Of a DNA stretch of 35,198 nt, positions 1 through 8,710 are shown piece after piece (within the stretch, counting starts at the first letter, position 1; each line of letters begins with the position of its first letter). Location of the stretch: positions 1-35,198 of IMG/VR virus record IMGVR_UViG_3300017913_001170; one strand, given 5' to 3'. Both the position numbers and the translations under genes were made by a program. The notes beneath the pieces are model-generated. The model searched no databases. It was not told the DNA's origin and worked only from the letters and a program-made list of their open reading frames with translations. The DNA comes from a virus (lineage: Duplodnaviria > Caudoviricetes).

Positions 1-1
1 G

Positions 2-577
2 AAGGAAAAACATCCAGATTGGGAGTACGAAGTGTTCACTGATCAGATGTTGCATGAACGCAAATGGATGAACCAACATCTGATCGAACACTACTACAAC
101 ACTAAGAAGTATGCAGGGGTGTCAGATCTTATTCGTTACGAACTACTTCTTGAACGTGGTGGATTCTTTCCAGAAGCGGACATGGAGTGTTTAGAAAATA
201 CAGATGAGTTGTGGGTAGAAGCACCACATAAAGCATATACTTGTTTTGAAAATGAATTGTACCGTCCAAACTTTGTACAACCAATTCTTGCGTGTAACCC
301 AGGCAACATGTTCGTTCGTATGTTGGTTGAGACTCTACACCAACTTCGTGCAGATCAACTTTCACCAGAACCGTTCAGATCTACAGGTAATCAGTTCCTA
401 AGTGGATTGATTCACGATAACCTATATCACTTGAAGATCTTCCCTTCACACTATTTTATTCCTCAATTCTATGTCCGTGAATCTAAACGTTATGATGGCG
501 ACGATAAGGTTTTCGCAGAACATCATTGGGGATCAACTGGAATGCCTTGGACGCAGCAGTACGGTTCTGCTACTTGA
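2..577 (+). CDS. Glycosyltransferase, GT32/Gly_transf_sug-like (5' partial)
   Basis: Frame is open from base 2 (KEKHPDWEYEVFTD...). YAGVSDLIRYELLLERGGFFPEAD matches the SDxxRxxxLxxxGGxxxDxD motif, with EAD at the DxD position. C-terminal HHWGST. Confidence 0.75.
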   Translation, partial: KEKHPDWEYEVFTDQMLHERKWMNQHLIEHYYNTKKYAGVSDLIRYELLLERGGFFPEADMECLENTDELWVEAPHKAYTCFENELYRPNFVQPILACNPGNMFVRMLVETLHQLRADQLSPEPFRSTGNQFLSGLIHDNLYHLKIFPSHYFIPQFYVRESKRYDGDDKVFAEHHWGSTGMPWTQQYGSAT

Positions 578-580
578 TGC

Positions 581-1330
581 ATGTACATATCACCAAAATA
601 TAAATTTATTTTTCTTAGAGTTCCGAAGACTGCTAGTACCAGTCTTTCGGAATTCTTTATTAAGAATATCGACGATCCAGACGCCATCTATACTGAAGTC
701 GATGACGCAAAAATTCAAGGAACCCTATCCGAAGAAAAACTTACGGAGATAAGAGGTGTCCACGAAAACTTCCATCCTTTCAAACATCTTCACTTAAACT
801 TGAAACAACTTGTCGACTATGACATCATCACTGATGAACAAGCAAGAACCTATCGTTCTGTCGCAGTTCTAAGAGATCCCATTGAAAGACAGAAGAGTTT
901 CTACTACTTCTTTAAACGTTGGGATAAAGATTTGAAGTCTAAACCTTACAGTCTCGAAGAATACAAATATATGGCTCCTCGTGGTTGGTTCGATGCGGAT
1001 AAAGCGACAGGTGAGGACAACTCAAAACTTCTTCAATCTGACTTTTTAAAATATGATGGTCAAATTCAAGGAGAGTATTGGTTGTACGAAACCTTGACAG
1101 ATAGACTGAAGTCTTTTATGGACGAGTTGGGTGTGGAGATTAAACATCCTTTACAAAATCATAAGAGTCAGTATAGAGTGGATAAGATCGACATCAAACA
1201 AAAGATTGAATTCGATCATGAAGCCTTGGGACCAATAAAAGATTATTTTGAAAACGACTTGAACCTTTACACAGTTATAAAGAAGAAATATTATGCAGAC
1301 ACAACGAGCTTACATACTTACAATCAATAA
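581..1330 (+). CDS. Sulfotransferase family protein (Sulfotransfer_2-like)
   Basis: N-terminal FIFLRVPKTASTS (5'-PSB PAPS loop) and VLRDPIERQKSFY (3'-PB motif). Confidence 0.75.
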   Translation: MYISPKYKFIFLRVPKTASTSLSEFFIKNIDDPDAIYTEVDDAKIQGTLSEEKLTEIRGVHENFHPFKHLHLNLKQLVDYDIITDEQARTYRSVAVLRDPIERQKSFYYFFKRWDKDLKSKPYSLEEYKYMAPRGWFDADKATGEDNSKLLQSDFLKYDGQIQGEYWLYETLTDRLKSFMDELGVEIKHPLQNHKSQYRVDKIDIKQKIEFDHEALGPIKDYFENDLNLYTVIKKKYYADTTSLHTYNQ

Positions 1331-2018
1331 ACCTATTTCTAAAGAGTACGCAAAACACACTGCAGAATCTTGTGATTCGGTTGGTCTTGATTGGGAATAC
1401 TTCGAAGGTTGGTGTGACATCCCAGGCGTGCTTGCGTGGGCGAGATCCGATATCAACTTGACGATCAATGAGGGTAGACCAATCAAACTTCCCCCTGCGG
1501 AGACATACTTTGAACCACGTGATGACCTACATGCAGGAGAGAAAGCAGAATGCGCTACTGTAGGTCATGCAGCGATCTGGAAAAAGATTGCAGAGGGTGA
1601 AGAGGATGTGGGTATTGTCCTTGAACACGATGCAATAATGTTGCAGAATATAGATATAGATATACCAGAGAACAGAATTGTGGTGTTGGGTTACAAACTA
1701 CCAGAACCTGAACGATATGATCATGTCACTGCAGGACCACCTGCGAGGTTCGTAGACATCCTTGGACATGAAGGTGCACATGCATATGCAATCACTAAAA
1801 AGACTGCACAGTTTATGATCGAAGAAATTGAAACGAAGGGTAGATTAGGATGCATAGATAATGCATACTTTATTCTAAATCAGAGACGAACTGCAGTACC
1901 TTTGTGTATTGCAGACCCTACACCAGCGATGGGGTGGTTGCGTGAATCAACTATTTGGGGTGGATCTGCGTACAGAAACTATCAATTTATCCCCTCGTTC
2001 GCAGAAAATTATAAATAA
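1293..2018 (+). CDS. Glycosyltransferase family 25-like
   Basis: AYILTI N-terminus, CATVGHAAIWKKI...IVLEHDA, and GAHAYAITKKTA motifs typical of GT25. Confidence 0.65.
   Translation: MQTQRAYILTINKPISKEYAKHTAESCDSVGLDWEYFEGWCDIPGVLAWARSDINLTINEGRPIKLPPAETYFEPRDDLHAGEKAECATVGHAAIWKKIAEGEEDVGIVLEHDAIMLQNIDIDIPENRIVVLGYKLPEPERYDHVTAGPPARFVDILGHEGAHAYAITKKTAQFMIEEIETKGRLGCIDNAYFILNQRRTAVPLCIADPTPAMGWLRESTIWGGSAYRNYQFIPSFAENYK
2010..2017 (+). promoter_or_regulatory. T4-type late promoter TATAAATA
   Basis: Exact gp55 consensus about 32 nt upstream of the ATG at 2050. Confidence 0.75.
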
Positions 2019-2049
2019 ACTCATAATCATATAAATTTAGAGCACAATC

Positions 2050-3069
2050 ATGGCTAGTCTTACAGAAGTAGAAAAAGATAAAAATAAAAAGAAGAGAAAT
2101 ATGGTCAAATATAAAGAGTTTGACCCATCTCAATACGTCGAATTGGAACCCACTCTGAAGGAAGCGAAGAGTGATACAGTTGTGTTCTCTTTCGGACGTA
2201 TGAACCCTGTAACGATTGGTCATGAGAAACTAGTCAACAAGGTGAAGTCAGTTGCTAAATCCAATAATGCAGACGCCCGTGTATACTTGTCCCACACCCA
2301 AAACAACAAGAAAGATCCACTGTCTTACAAAGACAAGTTTAAATTCGCAAGGAAAGCCTTCGGATCAGTCATTGTACAATCAAAAGCGAGACAAGTCTTC
2401 CAAATCGCCGCAGAACTCGAAAAAGCGGGATATAAAAAAATCATCATGGTCGTTGGATCTGATCGCATAAAAGAATTCCAAACAATTTTAGACAAATACA
2501 ACGGTAGAGACTATGACTTCGAGTCAATCAAGGTAGTCTCTGCAGGTGAACGTGATCCTGATGCAAAGGGTGTTGAAGGAATGTCTGGTACAAAACTTCG
2601 TGCGATTGCAAAAGCAGGTGACTTCGACGTATTTAAACAAGCCGCTGCATCTGGTCTGTCTGACAAAGATAAGATGGACATGATGAAACTTGTTCAGAAG
2701 AACCTCGCAGAAGAACTAGAAGAAGCGTTGACAAGACAACAACGTATGCAACGTTCACGCATGTTCAAGAGAATCAAACACAAAATCAAAAGAGGGCGTG
2801 AGAAAGCTTCAAAGAGACGTGCAACCTTAGACACTCTGAAGAAACGTGCACAGAAGGGTGCAAGAAACCTTATCAAAAAGAAATTGACTAAGGGTATGGA
2901 CTACAAGTCTATGTCATATGGTCAACGTCAAGCAATTGACAAACGTCTATCTAAGATTTCTCCTGCACGTCTAAAAGCGTTGTCTAAACGTCTGATCCCT
3001 CAGATCAAGAAACGTGAACAGGATCGCATCAAGAATAAAAATCGTCCTGCAGATCAAGGATCAAAATAA
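2050..3069 (+). CDS. Cytidylyltransferase-like (HIGH-superfamily) nucleotidyltransferase with a very basic C-terminal domain
   Basis: VVFSFGRMNPVTIGH (HIGH-like), MVVGSDR, SAGERDPD, GMSGTKLR (KMSKS-like). This family is typical of marine T4-like phages. Alternative start at 2101. Confidence 0.8.
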   Translation: MASLTEVEKDKNKKKRNMVKYKEFDPSQYVELEPTLKEAKSDTVVFSFGRMNPVTIGHEKLVNKVKSVAKSNNADARVYLSHTQNNKKDPLSYKDKFKFARKAFGSVIVQSKARQVFQIAAELEKAGYKKIIMVVGSDRIKEFQTILDKYNGRDYDFESIKVVSAGERDPDAKGVEGMSGTKLRAIAKAGDFDVFKQAAASGLSDKDKMDMMKLVQKNLAEELEEALTRQQRMQRSRMFKRIKHKIKRGREKASKRRATLDTLKKRAQKGARNLIKKKLTKGMDYKSMSYGQRQAIDKRLSKISPARLKALSKRLIPQIKKREQDRIKNKNRPADQGSK

Positions 3070-6000
3070 TGCGTTTTAAAAACTTTGTTGAGAAGACGAA
3101 AGTCACACAGGATAGAGACGTGGATGAGTTGCCAGGCACTCAACCATCAAAGTACTATTCTGGTGTAGACAAGGATGATAAAGAGAAACGTGCAAAACAG
3201 TTTGCACGACAGGCGAAGATGGACGACGATGATCCTCGTGCATACAAACCTGCGCCTGGCGACAAAGAGGCGAAGACTAAACCTTCCAAACACACCAAGA
3301 AGTTCCAACAAATGTATGGTGAACGTGAGTTGACTCCTGCAGAGAAGGACAAGATGAAAGAGTACGAGAAGAAGATCGATAAGAAAGACTTCATTGATCG
3401 TTACGGCGAAGAAGAAGGTGAACAGATCTATTACGCAACTATCACAAAGATGGCGAAGAAGAACGAAGCGGTATCCCCTGCACAACAAGCAGCGATTGCA
3501 ATCGCAAAGAAAAAGAAAGCAGGTAAGCCAGGATATGATTCTGAGGGTAAGAGTCTGAAAGAAGATTCTGAGAGAATGTTGAAACACGCTGCAGATGCAC
3601 TGCAACAGGTTTGGAACCGTAAAAAGAAAGATGCAAAACATGGTATCGAATATTACGCTGCACAGGTTGCACGTGGATACAGAGGTATCAACGCAAGAGA
3701 TCTAGTCAAAATGGTCCAAGAAGAAGTATCCCAAAAACAAATTGATGATCTAGAAAAGTTTGCAGACAGACTTCTTGCAAAGTTTAACATTGATGTGGAA
3801 TTCACAAAACACTTCAAAGATCGTATGAACGATAAACGCAACTCGCCTGAGATCAAGGTTGTGGAGTTGCAGAAACTATTCAAGAAGATCCAAAAGAACA
3901 AAGCAAAGAACATCCAAGGTAACGCAGGACTTGAAGCGGTACTGAAGGATCTTTCGTCGGATCTAAACCTTCCAGTAGTAATCAAACAAAAGGGTGACGA
4001 GATAGAACTCGTCAACAAAACTATCATGAGAAAACCTGATTTTAAAACAACTTCTAAGATCATCAAGTATGAAGAGTTCGTCAATATGGACGAAGCATCA
4101 CGTGCAGACATGAAAGTCCGTGCGAGACCACACATGATGTTGAAAGCGGGTAACGCAGGTGTTAAGTTTGATGGTCGTTTCAAAATGTATAAAAAGAAAC
4201 AAGTCCTTCGTGACGATGAAAAACCATTGAAAGAATCTATTGACGATATCACAGATCAGATTTATGATTTGATGGAATCTACCGAGATTGCAATCGCAGA
4301 GGATTCTGGTGAAGCATTAAAGAAGAAAGCGGAAAAGACAGGGATGCCTTTGAGTATCCTAAAGAAAGTGTTTGACCGTGGAGTTGCAGCATGGAGAACT
4401 GGACATAGACCAGGCACAACCGCAACACAATGGGGACTTGCACGTGTTAACTCATTCGTCACAAAGTCTAAAGGTACTTGGGGCGGTGCAGACCAAGATC
4501 TAGCCAAAAAGGTAAGGAACGAAGAAATGAACGAAGGTAAATCGTCAACAGGTTACGAACTGTATCACAAAGACTTCTCGTCTGCAATGCAACATGCATA
4601 CAAACATGCGAAAGACAAATTGAAGATTGAGATTGATCCAGAAGAGATTGATAACAAAGTTGCAACTGGGCCTCGTAAACCTTCTAAGGGTAAAACAAAC
4701 ACTTATAGACTGACAGATAAGTCTGGTAAGAAAGCAGTTCACATTCAGGTTGCAAACCTAGACAACAAAAGATACGAGTTAAACATGTATAAAGAGTCAA
4801 CAGATTTCGACGCAGTGTTCGAATCACTTGTAGAGGAAGATCTACAGGAAAATGTAAAACACAAGAAAGCAATCGAAAAAGCGCACAAGTTCTTTGTTAA
4901 GTCAAGTAAAGGTCGCAGTGATCGTATCCAAGAGAAGAACCGTTTCGCAGCGATGGAGATGTTGAAGAAAGAACTTGAAAAGATGGGTGCATCTGAGAGT
5001 GACATGATGAAGGCGTTCGGTGAACTAGACAAACACATTATGAAAGTAATGGATGAGTCGGTTGAACAGTTGGATGAACTAAGAGAACCATTCATCGTTT
5101 ATGATCCAGAGAACGGTAACGAAGTGGTTGGTACTGCATCTGATGAGAAAGGTGCAAAGGATATCATCTCTTCTGCAGGTCGTCCACCAATGAGCCATCC
5201 AAACCCAAAAGCGTTGAAGATTGCGAAGTCACGTAAGAAACAGCACATTGGTCGTAAACTGAATGCATCACATTGTTACGAGTCACTTGACGAAAACATG
5301 TCACGTGTTGCAAAAGAACTTGAAGCGTATGCACGTAAGAATGGTGGCATCGACAAGATGGACTTCATGAAAGCAGCGATGATGATGAAGAAAGGTCAGA
5401 CCAACCAACTGAAAAAGTTCGTTGACGATCTGGACACAGAACCACGTGAGAAGATTTTATCTCTAATGCAAAAGGATGCGGATCGTCGCAAAGAGTACAA
5501 AGCGGCTCAGAAGAAGATGCGTGAAGAAGTTGAACTAGAACAGATCGCAGAACTTTTGGAGAAGAAAGTATTCAAACCAGAAGAAGACGCTGCACTAATG
5601 AAACTGTACAACAAGGCAATGAAACAAATGCCTGGCAGCGCTGCACAGAAGAAAACCCTTGCAGACATCCAGAAACATCTTATGGACGTTTCTTCTAGAA
5701 TTCGCAATGAAGACGTAGAGATCGATCTTGAAGAAGGTGTAAACGATCCAGGCATCTTCAAGGCAGTGTTCCTTGCAGGTGGGCCAGGCAGTGGTAAGTC
5801 ATTCATGGTTGGTAAGACTGCGTTGACTACACTTGGTCTAAAACTGATTAACTCTGATCCTGCATTTGAGGCACAGTTGAAAAAGGTTGGTCTGAAAACA
5901 ACACCAGAAGATATCTTCACAGATAAAGGACAGGACGCACGTGCGAAAGCAAAACGTCTGACTGCAAAACAACAGGAACTTGCACTGAAAGGTCGCTTGG

Positions 6001-6542
6001 GTCTGGTTATCGATGGTACAGGTAAAGACTACGCAAAGATTGAGAAACAGGCTATCGCACTAAGAAAGTTGGGTTACGAAACTGCAATGATCTTTGTTAA
6101 CACAAACCTAGAAACTGCAGTCGCACGTGACGCAAAACGTGATCGCACACTTGGTAGAAAAGAAGTCACCAAGATGTGGAATGCAGTGCAGGACAACATT
6201 GGTAAGTTTCAAAAATTCTTTGGTGCTGGAATGGTGATTGTTGACAACTCTGATGGTGCGGATTGGCAAACTGCTTCTAACACTGCATATAAGAAGATGT
6301 CGAAGTGGGTATCTATGAAACCTAAACATCCTGCGGCAAAGAAATGGATTGATTCTCAGAAAAAGTCACGTGGAATTACTGAAGAAGACAGTACTAAACT
6401 AGCAGAGTCTAAGAAACCTCTTGAATATGGTACACAAGAGACAACAGATACATTCAAGAAGGCAACGCCAGGCGAAGGTGCACCTCAGAGGTTCGCACAA
6501 CGTATTAGGGAAAGTATCCTGAGATCTCGTAAACGTAAGTAA
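3069..6542 (+). CDS. 1157-aa multi-module protein, putative internal head polyprotein, with a C-terminal zeta-toxin/AAA_33-like P-loop kinase
   Basis: Short basic modules separated by acidic (L/M/V/I)-x-E linkers. Walker A GGPGSGKS at about 5778-5801, followed by LVIDGTG. Confidence 0.65.
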   Translation: MRFKNFVEKTKVTQDRDVDELPGTQPSKYYSGVDKDDKEKRAKQFARQAKMDDDDPRAYKPAPGDKEAKTKPSKHTKKFQQMYGERELTPAEKDKMKEYEKKIDKKDFIDRYGEEEGEQIYYATITKMAKKNEAVSPAQQAAIAIAKKKKAGKPGYDSEGKSLKEDSERMLKHAADALQQVWNRKKKDAKHGIEYYAAQVARGYRGINARDLVKMVQEEVSQKQIDDLEKFADRLLAKFNIDVEFTKHFKDRMNDKRNSPEIKVVELQKLFKKIQKNKAKNIQGNAGLEAVLKDLSSDLNLPVVIKQKGDEIELVNKTIMRKPDFKTTSKIIKYEEFVNMDEASRADMKVRARPHMMLKAGNAGVKFDGRFKMYKKKQVLRDDEKPLKESIDDITDQIYDLMESTEIAIAEDSGEALKKKAEKTGMPLSILKKVFDRGVAAWRTGHRPGTTATQWGLARVNSFVTKSKGTWGGADQDLAKKVRNEEMNEGKSSTGYELYHKDFSSAMQHAYKHAKDKLKIEIDPEEIDNKVATGPRKPSKGKTNTYRLTDKSGKKAVHIQVANLDNKRYELNMYKESTDFDAVFESLVEEDLQENVKHKKAIEKAHKFFVKSSKGRSDRIQEKNRFAAMEMLKKELEKMGASESDMMKAFGELDKHIMKVMDESVEQLDELREPFIVYDPENGNEVVGTASDEKGAKDIISSAGRPPMSHPNPKALKIAKSRKKQHIGRKLNASHCYESLDENMSRVAKELEAYARKNGGIDKMDFMKAAMMMKKGQTNQLKKFVDDLDTEPREKILSLMQKDADRRKEYKAAQKKMREEVELEQIAELLEKKVFKPEEDAALMKLYNKAMKQMPGSAAQKKTLADIQKHLMDVSSRIRNEDVEIDLEEGVNDPGIFKAVFLAGGPGSGKSFMVGKTALTTLGLKLINSDPAFEAQLKKVGLKTTPEDIFTDKGQDARAKAKRLTAKQQELALKGRLGLVIDGTGKDYAKIEKQAIALRKLGYETAMIFVNTNLETAVARDAKRDRTLGRKEVTKMWNAVQDNIGKFQKFFGAGMVIVDNSDGADWQTASNTAYKKMSKWVSMKPKHPAAKKWIDSQKKSRGITEEDSTKLAESKKPLEYGTQETTDTFKKATPGEGAPQRFAQRIRESILRSRKRK

Positions 6543-6552
6543 GGAGACTAAA

Positions 6553-6711
6553 ATGAACTGGTTAATGAAAAGAATGACAGAACGCACTACATTAGATGGT
6601 GCGTTTCTCGTTGGATTGGGACTAATGGTTCTATTCCTTGCGCCCCTTGCAAAGATCGCAGCGGGTGTCGCAATCGCATACGGTGCGTGGACAATGTGGA
6701 AGTCTGAATAA
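6553..6711 (+). CDS. 52-aa small membrane protein (not in ORF track)
   Basis: AAGGAG SD at 6541. MNWLMKRMTERTTLDGAFLVGLGLMVLFLAPLAKIAAGVAIAYGAWTMWKSE. TAATG coupling to the next gene. Confidence 0.75.
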   Translation: MNWLMKRMTERTTLDGAFLVGLGLMVLFLAPLAKIAAGVAIAYGAWTMWKSE

Positions 6712-7145
6712 TGTATGAATATAGATGTAAAATTCTTCGCATTGTAGACGGCGATACAGTAGACGTAGACATCGATCTGGGGTTTGGTATCTGGTTGAAG
6801 AAGGAACGTGTTCGTATCATGGGTATTGATACACCTGAGTCTCGTACACGTGACAAGGAAGAAAAGAAGTTTGGACTTGCAGCGAAAGCGTGGGTCAAAC
6901 ATCAGATGCCAGTTGGTAGTCACCAGATCCTGAAGACAGAGATTGACAAGTCTGGTGAAGATAAGAAAGGTAAGTTTGGACGTATCCTTGGAGACTTCCT
7001 AATGGGAGAGAAGAATACGAGACTTACAGAGATGATGATGAAAGCGGGACATGCAGTTCCATACTTTGGTGGTTCGAAAGAAGAACTTGTTGAAATGCAC
7101 ATGAAGAACAGAAAGAAACTAATCAAAGAAGGCGTAGTCGAGTGA
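6711..7145 (+). CDS. Thermonuclease (SNase-like) family nuclease
   Basis: RIVDGDTVDV, RVRIMGIDTPESR, KGKFGRILG motifs. No signal peptide. Confidence 0.85.
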   Translation: MYEYRCKILRIVDGDTVDVDIDLGFGIWLKKERVRIMGIDTPESRTRDKEEKKFGLAAKAWVKHQMPVGSHQILKTEIDKSGEDKKGKFGRILGDFLMGEKNTRLTEMMMKAGHAVPYFGGSKEELVEMHMKNRKKLIKEGVVE

Positions 7146-7483
7146 AACGTTTTAGTCAGTACACACGTATAGACGAGATCTGCGAAGACTGTAACATCTA
7201 CGATGATCTGATTGTAGAGGATGCAGAATACGAAGGTAAGAAGGTCAAATTGAATGACCCTATTCGTGGTGGATCTAAGAAGTTCTATGTGTATGTAAAG
7301 AATGAGAAGGGTAATGTCGTCAAAGTTTCTTTTGGCGATCCTAACATGGAAATCAAACGTGATGACCCTGCGAGACGTAAGTCTTTCAGGGCACGTCACA
7401 ATTGTGATGATCCTGGCCCTAAGTGGAAAGCAAGATATTGGTCTTGTTGGCAATGGCGTGACGGTGCTAAAGTCGATAACTAA
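7142..7483 (+). CDS. Conserved phage protein, putative internal protein
   Basis: GTG start overlapping the upstream stop. N-terminus MKRFSQY resembles a capsid-targeting peptide. KKFYVYV...VSFGDP...RRKSFRARHNC...ARYWSC domain. Confidence 0.7.
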   Translation: MKRFSQYTRIDEICEDCNIYDDLIVEDAEYEGKKVKLNDPIRGGSKKFYVYVKNEKGNVVKVSFGDPNMEIKRDDPARRKSFRARHNCDDPGPKWKARYWSCWQWRDGAKVDN

Positions 7484-7490
7484 ATAAATA
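7483..7490 (+). promoter_or_regulatory. Late promoter-like AATAAATA
   Basis: ATAAATA core in the intergenic gap before 7527. Confidence 0.55.
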
Positions 7491-7526
7491 CAATTAGATT
7501 TTAAATTAAAACCCAAAGGAAGAACA

Positions 7527-8669
7527 ATGACTTTCAAAAACAAAATCGACGATCTGTTCATGGAGATGGTAAAAGCATCTCTTGAAGAGAAGAAGTCCGT
7601 TAAAGACGAAGACGCATCTAACGATCAGTCTGATGATGGCGATGGGATGGATAAAGTAGATCCCAAGGCAGTCAAAAAGAAGTTCAAAGATCGTAAAGAC
7701 AAAGACATCGACAACGATGGTGATGTTGACGATTCTGATGAGTATCTACACAAGAGACGTAAAGCAGTATCTAAAGCGATTGCGAAAGATGACGAAGAAG
7801 ATATGGAAGAGTTTCATGCGCCAGGCATGGCACCAAAAGGTCGTGCAAAAGCGAAACCTGCGTCTACTAAAAAGTCTCTTTCAGATATCCGTAACAAAGC
7901 AGACAACTTTAAAAAAAAAGTTAAAGAGTCAGTAGAACTCGAAGAAGAGTCTAAAACTATCGCAAAAGTCAAGGAGATCGTTGCAAAAAAGTCTGCAATG
8001 AAAATTGACGGTGTGATGGTCGACATGTTCACTGCCTCTGCAATCGCACAGATCTACGACAAAGTCAACGATGCAAACAAGAAAAAGATGGATGGTCTAA
8101 AGATCACCAAACTTGCAGACGTTGCAATGAAGTTGATGAAACGTGAAGAACTTGAAGAGAAGACTGAATGCCCTCAGTGTAAAGGTGAAGGATGTGATCA
8201 CTGCAATGGTAAAGGATACCATGAGTCAGATAATGTTCAAGAAAAGAAGAACTATGAGTATAAGGACGGTAAAGTCCACATCTCTAAGAAAGACTTCCGT
8301 AAGGTTCACAGAGACTTTAAGAATGCAACAAAGGGTAAAGAACGTATGATGATTCTTGATCCTAAGACGCAAGCATCTATATCTGTACCAGTTGTATTCA
8401 CAGAATCTAACTTCAGAGAGACATTCAGAAATTTAATTTCAAAAAGACTTTCTGAATCTGCAAAAACTGAAGAGAAGTCAGACGAAGTTGCGAATAGATA
8501 TAATGAACTTAAACAATTAGCGCCAGTGGAATTGACGAAACTGTACATGAAACATCACGAAGATGCAGATATGGACAGTGTAAAGAAGATGGAAAAATCT
8601 GCAATGATTTCTGCGATTATTGAGAAAGAAATGGGCGGAAAAGACGCAGAACCAGAATCTGAAGATTGA
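7527..8669 (+). CDS. 380-aa charged multi-module protein (putative head-internal protein) with a DxDxDG motif and CxxCxGxG zinc finger
   Basis: DIDNDGDVDDSD, CPQCKGEGCDHCNGKG, and LEE/VQE/LSE linkers. Confidence 0.6.
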   Translation: MTFKNKIDDLFMEMVKASLEEKKSVKDEDASNDQSDDGDGMDKVDPKAVKKKFKDRKDKDIDNDGDVDDSDEYLHKRRKAVSKAIAKDDEEDMEEFHAPGMAPKGRAKAKPASTKKSLSDIRNKADNFKKKVKESVELEEESKTIAKVKEIVAKKSAMKIDGVMVDMFTASAIAQIYDKVNDANKKKMDGLKITKLADVAMKLMKREELEEKTECPQCKGEGCDHCNGKGYHESDNVQEKKNYEYKDGKVHISKKDFRKVHRDFKNATKGKERMMILDPKTQASISVPVVFTESNFRETFRNLISKRLSESAKTEEKSDEVANRYNELKQLAPVELTKLYMKHHEDADMDSVKKMEKSAMISAIIEKEMGGKDAEPESED

Positions 8670-8671
8670 TT

Positions 8672-8679
8672 CATAAATA
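8672..8679 (+). promoter_or_regulatory. Late promoter-like CATAAATA
   Basis: Intergenic, upstream of the AGGAG SD and the ATG at 8711. Confidence 0.6.
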
Positions 8680-8710
8680 GAAGTAGTCATTACCAAATAG
8701 GAGAATAAAA

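Noticed and set aside
7908-7920. TTTAAAAAAAAAG as a programmed frameshift site
   Set aside because: The ORF continues normally in frame (FKKKV), no stimulatory structure is evident, and Lys runs are common in this protein.
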